Below are positions 49,951 through 60,639 of a DNA stretch of 63,112 nt, one piece after another (the first letter of the stretch is position 1; each line of letters starts with the position of its first letter). Source of the DNA: Macrostomum lignano (taxonomy: Eukaryota); assembly GCA_002269645.1 (NCBI GenBank), contig NIVC01004043.1:1-63112 (forward strand), in the 5' to 3' direction. A program made the translations under genes and the position numbers. The notes below the pieces were generated by a model, which saw nothing but the letters and a program-made list of their open reading frames with translations, did not search any database and was not told where the DNA came from.

Positions 49951-51365
49951 CTCATCTCATCCTTCCCGCTTTCAGCTATGGCGTCATCCGCCTCTTTCAA
50001 CCCCGCTGAAGCCGGGGCCCCGGCAACTCCGGCCGGTGACTCTGGCACGAGCGCCGCCCCACTGGGGGCAGATGGGCTTGCCGCCGGCTCGGCCGGTGAC
50101 ATGCCCGCACGCGCAACCGGGCCCTCCGCTGAAGCCCGACGCGCCCGCAACCAACGCCGCAACGAGCGGCGACGGCGACTGCGGGCCGACTACCGGCGGA
50201 GGGGGAACCTAGGGAGGACGAGGCTGCTGTTGGCCCGAAAGGAGCCACAGCAACCCCTGCCCCCAAGGATACAACCCCCGCTGGTGAGCTGGGAAACCGC
50301 CGCACTAATTACGCCTCAAAGGTCAAGCTCCAACCGGCGGTCATCGTCTTCGGGGAAGAGCAAGACCTCACGGCCGACGAGCTCGACAGTGCCTGGCGCA
50401 CCATCGATGCTGCGCTCATCGACCAGCTCCTGGCGGGCCGCCCTGTGAGCGTGGTCAAGTCCGCCAAGACCGACGGCTGCATCTTCATCTGGTGCAGCTC
50501 GGAGGAGAGCAGCCGCAATCTACGCGAGCTTCTGCCAAAGCTGAACTGGCCCAAGAAGCTCGGCAAGCTCGTCTTCGCCAGCGCTTTCGCGTCTGGATCC
50601 CGGCCGGCAGTGCCATTAAGTCCGGAGATCAGCTTAGGCAAATATTGCTAAAGCTGCACCCTGACCTTGAGGTCAACGGGCTCCTACACCACGCCACTTC
50701 CCGCAAGGAGAAGGGGGCTACGGTGATCCTAGGGCTCTCTAATGACTGGGCTGAGCACTTGCCGCCTAAGTCCACAATCCATATTGAAGGCTCTTCATAT
50801 TGCTTGTTCTGGTTCTAGAACCAGAACCAATTTGTAAAGTATAACTTTTTGTCTCCTAAACTAGAGGGATATTAGTGCTTTAAAATTGTGATTATTAAAT
50901 GGCAATAGCCAAGAAGAAAGTGAAAAATAGTGCGAATTGAGGCTGTTAAGGCAGTCAAACATTCAACAAAGTTAAATAGTTATACTGCTTTTTTTCTTGG
51001 AAATCCGAACCGATTCTGGTTCGAGAATCGATTGCCGTGAAGAGGCTCTTGGTCTGACTCAGCTGACCATCCTCCGTTGCGAGGAGCGGAAAGCTGATGA
51101 AGCCAAGAATGCCAAGGCTTCCGAAACCGGAACTGGGGCCTAGGCTCCTCCGGCAAAGAAGCCGAGGCAAACGGCCGATCCTATGCCTGGTAGGGCAGTT
51201 CGCGCTGCTGAAACCGGAAATCGCAATCGCAGACCCGCCAGGAGCACCCGGAGGTCCGGCCTGATCCAGCGCGCGCTGGACCAGGCCAAGAACCTTCGGG
51301 CGTATCGTGAGCGGGCCCGCGCTTCTCGCGCTTCACCCCAACAGCCAGAAGGACAGGCTGTAAGC
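49951..51365 (+). mobile_element. Fragmented ORF1/gag-like region of a non-LTR retrotransposon (DUF4780-like), interrupted by AT-rich DNA at about 50800-51000
   Basis: NYASKVKLQPAVIV..LTADEL..IDAALID..GCIFIWCSSEESSRNLRELLPKLNW.. then, across a frameshift, FRVWIP..LLKLHPDL..GATVILGL; resemblance to DUF4780 is from memory, not a search. Confidence 0.5.
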
Positions 51366-51369
51366 TATC

Positions 51370-51640
51370 GAAGATATCGAAGATGCTGTTCTTGATCTCG
51401 TCGTTGTCAGGTTTGCTGTAGTTGCAGCGCTTCACGAGCTGGCGTAGAGAACCCATGAACTGGTCGAAGTCCTCCGCTTCTCCTTGCATTCTGGTGCGCA
51501 GCTGATAGCTTTCAAATGTCTCGTTGGAGAGAGGCTGGCAGTAGACATCAAACTTCTTGATCAAATCCTCGTACTTTTTCACTTCCGCAGTAGGAAACGT
51601 GGCATAGACATCTTGTCCATCTGGTCCTAGAGCTATCGCT
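51370..51640 (-). mobile_element. Gypsy (Mag-like) gag N-terminal fragment from a different family
   Basis: ALGPDGQDVYATF..KKFDVYCQPLSNETFESYQLRTRMQGEAEDFDQFMGSLRQLVKRCNY aligns by eye with AIGEEGREIYSTF..KLFEEYCKPSANETFERYKFWQRRQNEHESIDSFVSGLKQLIKTCSF of the 34849 gag. Confidence 0.85.
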
Positions 51641-53238
51641 TCTTGAACATCAACTCAACTCAAACGCCGACAAAAAGCAGCATTCGCAGGTAGAGGACCT
51701 TGCGCTTCGAAAACAGTGTACGCATCGTTAATAAACGCGAGTAAAAAGGGAAAGTGGGTACCGAATTTATTGTGTTACTGTGATTTTAGCGATTAAGACG
51801 TTGGTATGAAGCAGATTCGTCTCTTTAACTTGGAAAGAAACAGTATCCCTAAAAAAGGACTCGGGAAACGCACTTAATTTCGTTCACCGCGGAGTTCAGC
51901 GGCAGTCATTCAACACCGGAATTTAACAAAAAAACGTTCTCCTGCAGTTCAGGAGCAACGCGCAACGCTGAAATTTTATGCGCACGTCGAAATCTGCCTA
52001 TATTTTGCTTTGAAATATTGCATGACAGGTTTTCAGCTCTCTGGAAGGATTTATTGGGTTCACCGCCGGTTTCACCCCCCAAAAAATAACAAAAATCGCC
52101 CTCCTGATGTCCAGGGGCAACGCGCAGAGCCAAAAATCTAGGCGCATCTCTAGTTTTACTTGCGCTATCGATTATGTATATTTTTAAGCCTTAAAAATAA
52201 AGTTAAAAATCCGGTGAACCCAAGTGCCGGTGAATTCAGTAGTTAGTACCCGTCGTCAGGCCCGGCCGGGCCTTCCCAGTTCTTTAAAAATTTATTAAAT
52301 TCAAATTCTTTATTAAAAATCATGAACAAGTTTTGGATGCCTGCAAATTTTATATATTTATAAGTTTTTTTTAGTTTTTAAAATCAAAAGTAAACCAAAA
52401 TTGAAAAACAAAAAAGTTTTAAAAAACAATATTTGTTTAAAAAATAAGTTTTAGCACAAGTTTGAACTAGATTCAACACGTTTTTTGTTGTTATATGAGG
52501 TGGCCTACTAAAGGCGTAACAGGTCGGCGGGGTCGGGTCATATCGAAGAATAAATAACACTACTTTTCTTAAGACATTACTTAAAGCTTTATTAGAGACA
52601 TTCACTTGGAGTTCTCAGGATCCGAAATCTTCGAAGTTGAGTCGCTAACTTCGCTAAGTCCTATTATATCTTAGGCCTGTTCAAATTACAGCTAGTGAGC
52701 TAGGTAGCCTAGGGCTAGCCCCAGGCTCCCAGCTAGGCTAGGCCTTGGCCCATTAGAAGCTTTATACGTATAGCTTTAGACTATGGCCTAAAAATGTTGT
52801 CCTCTAGATTAGAACTTGACAATATTCTTCTTCATTGATCGATTGATGCATGAAGTTCCTGCTGAATGCTGAATCACTTATTTGGTATTGGCATTCTTCT
52901 CTTAAATTGTTTGTTAAACTATTTTTTCAATGTTTTTTCACACTTTCTCCACTTGAGAAGCTGATTTTAGCATGTTTGGAAATATTCCAAGGTATTAAAA
53001 CAATAAAACTGTTTTTTGAAGCATTTTTTCTATCTTTAGAGTAGCCAGTAGGGCAAAGGCAGTTGTTATTTATCTGGTGACCAGACAAATAGCATTTTTA
53101 CTATTTGTCCAGTTAAATTGCTAACTGTATAAATTGCTATTTATTTCGTGATGAATATTCTAGATTTTTAAGACCTTTTCATAAATCATGTATATTGATT
53201 AATATTTTATTATATATTAATAGTATACATACCATAGC

Positions 53239-53426
53239 CAGTAGCGCAACCAGAAATTTTTAAAGGGGGGCGGATTCTGAGGGTAAAGTCCTAGGAGGGG
53301 GGGGGCGGCGGACGGGTGGCTCTGTTTTTAGCAAAAATTTGCTTGGTCTCCCCTTTGATTTTTTTTGGTCCCCCGCCTAAGGGGGGCAACCGCCCCCCCC
53401 CCCGCCCCCCCCTGGTTGCGCCACTG
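53239..53426. mobile_element. Mirror copy of the CAGTGGCG MITE
   Basis: TSD ACCATAGC at 53231-53238 and 53427-53434. Confidence 0.88.
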
Positions 53427-54708
53427 ACCATAGCTGGGAAGGTGGCAGTTTTTGGTGAATTTTCCAGCGCAAATTGGCCCTTTTTTGGCACACATGGTGC
53501 ACACGGTGACACGGGGTACAAGGAAAAATTGGAAATGCTCTGGCAGCGCACATGGTGCATGGCGCTGAAAAAATATATAGTTACACTTTGTTAGGGGGGC
53601 CTATACTTTGCAAAATATATAGTGTCAGGCCTAATTCCATAATTCGTAAAATAAAATGTTATGCTATCAGAGTACTAAAATTACATAAATCACTATATCT
53701 CTAACTATAAAAATCAAAACTCTGTGTGTCTGTGTGTGGACAATTTTGATCGCTATGGACTCCCAAACCACTCAACCAAATGACACCAAACTTTACACCC
53801 ATCCTAAACTTACTACAGAGAATGTCTTAGGCTACCTTAAAATTTCCTAGACTCAAGTCTTCCTAGATAAAAGTACAAAAAACTGCTCAAAATGCGCGAT
53901 TTTTTTATTTAATCCTCCATAGCGCCGCTCCACTTCTACCAATTCTCTTCAAATTTGACACAGGCAATTTTCAACTATTTTGACACAATTGTGTAAAATT
54001 TCAAATCTCAAAGTTAATCCTGAAAGCCGCTGTGCACTTTTAAAGTTAGGCTGTTTTTTTTCAGCGAGCAGCCACCCCAACCTCTGCCCGCCTGCCTCTC
54101 TTTCCCGATCTGGGCAAAGGGTGTGAATAGGTTTTAAAATGCCTAACTTTCGGCTGCCATAGTTTTGCTCCACGTGAAGCGATTGACTTCAAATTTGACA
54201 CAATTCTTTATTGACTCATTCTCTGCCTACATGTAAAGTCTCAACTCTGTATCTCAATCAGGGCGGAAACTGTAAGCATGTGAAGTTTGTCTGCTTTTTC
54301 TGTTGTTTGTGCCACTCACTCACTCATTCCCCCAGCCCAGACGAAGGGTCAGGCGATAGGGCTGAATGTACATGGCAACGTACAGTGTTTTGGAATAACT
54401 TTTAATAGCCTTCTCTGCACCCCCGCGAGTGGAGAGGCGTGGAGAGGAGAGACAGTTTCAGCGAGAGATTCAATCCACTGTCCTCTGTATAGACAAGTCT
54501 GCAGCAGTTTAACAGTGGATGGCAAACAGGCAAATCAAGGCGATGCGGGATGGTTTGTAAAAATAGCGAAAAATTAATGAATAACTTATTACAATGCAAT
54601 CCTACTAAATTAGTTACACCATGAAGCTTTTAACATAAAGTTTCGCATAGGGTAACTTTAAAATTTAAATGACTCCTAAGAAATGCGTATTTTCTTGGTT
54701 GTTAGACT

Positions 54709-55007
54709 CATACATGCGCAACCTCCAAAATTCGGTCGGCCATGCGACTTAGTTTTAACAAAAATGCGACGTAGTTTTTGGCCAAAAATGCGACTTACAT
54801 GTAAAAAAAACCCTAAAGCAAAATAAACGCAACTTTAGGTAAACGGCAGGAGTAACTATAACTGTGTTATTAATCCAAAATGCCTCGTCAGCTTTTTAGT
54901 ACTACTATTTGGTTATTTTTTCGGGTGGGCATTTTTGCGACTTCCTTGGTTGGCTGCCAAATCGGTCGGCCGGATCGGCCGACTCGGCCGACTGTTGCGC
55001 ATATATG
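54709..55007. mobile_element. hAT-type MITE, 299 bp, TIR CATA(C/T)ATGCGCAAC, 8-bp TSD GTTAGACT; right arm only
   Basis: TSD at 54701-54708 and 55008-55015; the empty site with a single GTTAGACT (AGTCTAAC on +) is in the left arm at about 44359-44366. Confidence 0.92.
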
Positions 55008-55239
55008 GTTAGACTGCTGCAGAGTGCAGACTGTGGTGGTGGAGCTGGAGATACACAAATTCCTCTCAGGGCTGCTAATTGGCCAGAAAGGTGACGTGAT
55101 TAAAGCATGAGAAATGATAACCATGATAGTACTACATCCCACAAACTGGCTTTCGAAGCAGGGATCGGTAGATTTTTAACTCAAAGGCCAGATAAAGAAT
55201 CCAGCTCATGGAGTCATGGGCACATGGCTGCTGGCCAGA

Positions 55240-55560
55240 TGAGAGTGAAAAAGAAAAGGAATAGACTATTAGAAAGAGAGGAAGGGCGAGAGGGGGGTAA
55301 GAGAAAAGATAAGATAACAGGAGAGACGAGTGGGGTGAGAACGAGGAGAGAGCAGAGAATATGGGAGGAGGAAGCGAGAGGAGGGGAGACAGGAGGGAGA
55401 GGAAAGAGTAGAGGTAAGAAGAGGAAGAGAGAAGAGGGGAGAGATGAGACAGAGGATCGATGAGAGAGGAGAGTAGAGAAGAGTGAGAAGAGAATAGAGA
55501 ACAGAGAGGAGATAGGAAGGGAGAGAGAGGGAGAGAGGAGTGAGAAGAGAGGAAATAAGA

Positions 55561-55618
<58 letters not shown>

Positions 55619-56680
55619 GAGAAAGAAGAGAGGAGAAAGGAGAGATGATAAAGTAAAGGGAAGAAGAGGAGAGAGGAAAGAGATGAGATTGTGGAGATGA
55701 GAGAGTAGAGATGAGAGATGAAGGAAGAGAGGGCAGAGTGCAAAGAGACAAGAGAAGAGAATAGAGGGGAGAGAGTATAGAAGAGGGAAGAGAAGAGGAG
55801 TAAGAAGAGAGGATTCAGTAGAGGGGAAAGAGAAGAGTACACAGGAGAGTGGAGAGTAAAGATGACAGACGAGAGTGGGGGTAGAGAGCAAAGATGAGAG
55901 TGAACGCGATATATGAGAGGAGAGAGGAGAGTGAAGAGAGAAGAGAGAAGACAAGAGAGGGAGAGAATAGAAGAGGGAAGAGAAAAGAAGGGAAAAAGGA
56001 GAAAGGAAAGAGAGGAGTCAAAAGAGGGGAAAGATCGAAGAGTACAGATAAGAGAGGTGAGAGAACATACGAGTATAAGAGAGTAAAGATGGCAGATGAG
56101 AGAGGAGAGATGACAGACCAGAGACAAGAGTGAACAGATAAGAGATGGGAGAGGGGGAGAAAAAGGATAGAAATAAGAGATGAGAGGTGAGACAAAGGGA
56201 GAGAGAAGTGAGTGAGGAGAGAGGAGGGGAGGGGAAAGAACCAAGAAGACAGGGGAAAGAGGAGAAAGGACGAGAGACGAGAGGAAACAGGGGAGAGATT
56301 AGAGGAGAAAGAGATATGGGACAGGAGAGAGCAGAGAGATAAGAGGAGAGAGAGGGAGAGAGAGGGAAAGAGAGAGGAGAAAACATGCAGAAAGAATGAG
56401 AAGAGAGAAAAGATAAAAGAGGAGAAAGAAGAGATAGATAAGAGAGCAAAGACGAGAGAGAAGAGAGGTGAGGGAAGAGACGATAAAAGAGAGGAGAGAG
56501 GAGAGCGGAAAGAAGAGAAGAGATGAGAGGAGAGAGAGGAGAGAGTAGAGAGTAGAGAGGAGGGAGGAGAGGAGGGATAAAAGAATAGAAGGGAGAGAGA
56601 ATAGACGAGAGAATAGGGGATAGAGGAGAGAGAGAAGAGACAGAGACGAGAGAGAGGAGAGGAAACAGAAGAGAAGGTCG
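55240..56680. repeat. Polypurine (GA-rich) mirror of the 42690-44135 tract
   Basis: Almost exclusively G/A on the + strand, perfect (GA)n at about 55565-55615. Confidence 0.95.
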
Positions 56681-59600
56681 AAGTTTTTAAGGATCCAAGG
56701 GACATAAGGAGAGGCAGAGGCCAGAGTTTGCCTGTTCGCAGCACCCCAGCCAACAATATAAATGTTTGCCTCAAATCCTAATTTTTCACGAATGTACTCT
56801 ATTTTATGTTTAATTCTAACCTAACTATATATTAACGAGTTTTTGTTTGAGTTTGACCTCAGATTTTAGAATACGAGTACATGCAAAAATAGTTCCAGGG
56901 ATTGAAATTCCCCGGGTTCAAAATCCGCGGGTTTCAACAGCTTGTAAAATACGTAAATGAAATTCAAATTTGTCTACCATAAATTCAAATTTGTTTACCA
57001 GTGAATTATTAATTACCTTACCTTACCTTACCTTACCTTACCTTGGCTTAGACTTACCTTATCATGGCGTGCTGCGGCGCACAAAATATTTTCTTCACGG
57101 CGCACGGCGCACAGTGGTCAAAAGCCATCAAAATAGTTCTGGCGCACACTATGCTACCTTCCCGACTAAGGTATACGTATAAAAAAGCAGTGTATTCAAT
57201 TTAGCATAATTTGGTATAAAAGACAATGACATACATTAGACAATTAGTGTAACAACATAATAATCAAGATACGAGTAAGAAGTCTTTGAAGTCTAGGAAT
57301 ATTTACCTTTATAGTTCCTATAAAATAGATATTTTCAACTAGCATTATCAATTTAACTAGTCAAATAACAAAAATCCTATTCATCTGGTATTAACTAGAT
57401 AAATGGGAAAGCCAAGGACCACTAGAAGTCTTCTAGGCCTAGTGGTCCTTGGAGAAAGCATGGCCATTATCTAGTAACCAGACAAATAACCACATCGCTA
57501 TTCATCCGACGTCTGGTCACGGTCACTAGACAAATAACAACTGCCTAGGGCAAAAAGAAGTGAAAGGCCTAGGCTGTGAATTAAACTTATATTTATACTA
57601 ACATAGGCCTAGCAAATAGGTTAGGGCCTAGCTGAAATATCTGTGGTAAATTTATGGTTAGGATTGTTAATAGGGAGGAGTGTGGTAGACAAAGAGAGTT
57701 GGCTAACTGAAAAGTACACTTCAGACTAAATTGCAAAATAAAAAGTACATATTTTTTAAAAAGATAAAAATCCCACACATGTTGTCTAATCCATAGTCTA
57801 GAAGAGGGGCTTTGCAATCCAGACTCATAGCTTTTGGTATACACTTAGTGTACAATTTTTTTTTAAATCTGGCATTTTATTTGGCTACACTGGTATATAA
57901 AAATGAATAGTGAAAAAGTGGCATACTGCCACGGAATCAAATTTAAAAAATAGTAAATAAAAATGGAAAGTAATTATTTTGAAAGAATGAAAGAAATCTT
58001 GGCATGTATTGATGTTTTGCTACAAAGAGTAGGCCTATCAGCAAAAAACCAAAAAAGTGAAACAAAAGAGCAAAAAAAGGTCAATTGGTACATTGTAACA
58101 CCAGAAACAAGGCTTGTAATGAGGCTTGTTTTTTCTGGGATTACAATTTTGAGTTGGAAAAAGTTTGGCATAGGCCTATAGTGGCATACCAAAAAAAATT
58201 ATGGGAGATTTTATTTGGCTATAGTGTGTATTCATAGTTTTCTGGACTATAGTGTCCAATGTAGCTCTGATGCTTATTAAGAATGTCTATGGCCCAAAAG
58301 GATGAGTTGGTTAGAGGGAGAGGAAGTTAAGCACTTTGACTTATATTTTGGCTTTTTGTTTTAATTAGTTCTTGCTAAGAGTAAGACCATTAACCAACTA
58401 TTAAGTCTATCAACACTGCTAGGAGGCTGCCTTCAAATTGTTAGAAATCGTTAGGAAAAGGCAATTCTAGCTTTGGTTCATAATCATTTACATGCATCTT
58501 TTCCATTTAAATGATCGTAAACTAAAGTGGATATATAGGATCATCTTTTTGGATTCATTTTTGGAAATTGAATTCATGCACTAACCACCTTACACACATG
58601 CTAGCTTCAGTTCACGATTATTTACATAGATTGCTTTTGTTCAGATGATCATAAACTGAAGTAGATATATAGGATCATCTTTGGATTCTTGGAACTGTGA
58701 AATAGATCACTGTAACCCCTTTACCTTCTTTTTTCATTTGAACATGCAGCTAGTATTATGATAGATAAATAAAAAGGATTAGAGTGTTTGTCTACTGTTT
58801 TTTGCATTTTGATGAAATAAAAAAACAATTTTGTATCTTCCCTATCTCTCCAATAAAGATTGTCACTAATTTCAATGATTGTAAACCAAAGGAATGCCTT
58901 AATAACAAACTTGTGTTTTTTTCATAGAAAATATCTTTTTAAACTGACAACAGACAATCTGTGACAAAATAGGTCTTTTAGAATTTTATATTTAAAAAAA
59001 TTGAAGAGAAACATTTAAAAATAGTATTAGTTCTAGTTCTAGTATAAAAGATAATTTAAAATGCAAAGCCAATAAAATATAATAAAAAGTAAAGCCTAGT
59101 ATATATATTATATAGACTATAGACCTATTCAACTATTTAAACTTACTAAACTGACCTTTAATGCAATATTATTAGTGCACATTTATTTATTTTTGATAGG
59201 CCCCTATGCCCTAAGTAGGTTATATATTACCAATATATGTATGATAGGCAAGAAATTGAGTTTTTAATTCCAATATCAAAATAGTCATAGAAGATAGATA
59301 ATATTTTGCATGTGATAGTTGAATCAAAATCAATGATAAATTTATATGCTATTCTAATAAGAACTATTAGTAAGTTTTTCTAACTTAGCCATTTGTACAA
59401 TTAATAAGTTCCTATAGCTAGTTTATTGACATTTATTGATATTTAATTTATTGACTTAGTACTTATTATTATTATTTAGTAGAATCATATTCATAATGAC
59501 TTAAGCTAGGCTAGCCTTGCTATCCCATATACGAAAAATGGTCAATCTGTGTTAATCTATCTATCTATATAATCAATTAGAAAAAAATGGCTTAGTAGAT

Positions 59601-60639
59601 TTTCATGAGACTTGCAGTTGCACTGTTTGATCAAAAATTTTCCTATGATGGTACATGTGTCTTTACTCAATGAGAAATTGCTCAATGCTAAAGGGATTAA
59701 GTATTAAAAAAGATGCTTTTTTGCAAAGGTCAAGCAAAATTTTCATCTTGAAATGCATTGTAAGAATGCTAGAGACAAAATTGACTGGTTGAATTCTGAT
59801 TCTAAAATAGATTGCATCATAACTGAATTGTAACTTTGTTACAGTATTGAAAATGCACTATAGAAATGTAGCACCAGATTGCATAATCATTTTGTTAACT
59901 GATACTGACCAACTGAGAAATTTATTATATAATAAATGCTTTGTGTGATTTACTCTATGCTTGGAGTTTTGAAAGTGTGGAATTATAAGTGCTAAAATTC
60001 ATGTTATCAAAATGATAATATGATAAATGGCTAGCCTAGAGCCGGTAAACAGACTAAACTGCTAAATGCAGCACTGATAGTTCAAATTTTGAGAGAGTAG
60101 AATATTTTTTAATTAAAGCTTTCTAATGTCAAAACTAAAAAAACTTTTTAAAACAAAGCATCATGTAAAAAATCATAAAACTGTCATGTTAAAATTCAAA
60201 GAAGTATCATATAAAAAATAATAATAGATGTAGGAATAATAAAAGAAGCATCATGTCAGACAAAAGAAATGTCATATAAAAGACATAAAAAAAGAATCAT
60301 TTCAAAGTTAAAAAATTCATTTTTAATTTCGGAATTGCTACAATGTCAAGGCTTGGGGGGAATTGCTATAGTGCTGTGATTCTTGGGAAGGAATCACTAA
60401 AATGTCAAGGCTTAAGGGAGAAAAATTGCTGAGATGTGAAAGCTTAGGGTTATAGTTAGGGTTAGGATTTTTCAGATTGCAAGGTTTATGGAGAGGCATT
60501 GCTAAGATGTCAATGCTTGCGAGGGGAATAGCTAAGATGTTAATGCTTGCAAAAGGAATAGCTAAGATGTTAAGGCTCACAAGGGATTGCTAAGGTTATT
60601 GCAAAGAGAAGCTGTAGTTTAAACAGGTAGTATAAATAT

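Larger units (their letters stand above)
53058..57545. mobile_element. Mirror copy of the 9-bp-TSD element (4488 bp here)
   Basis: TSD TAGGGCAAA at 53049-53057 and 57546-57554; same TIRs. Confidence 0.82.

Noticed and set aside
47202-51857. Palindrome as a missed-adapter (hairpin read) artefact
   Set aside because: A 4.66-kb unique spacer, substitutions and an arm-specific MITE are incompatible with one molecule read twice; haplotype mis-joining remains possible
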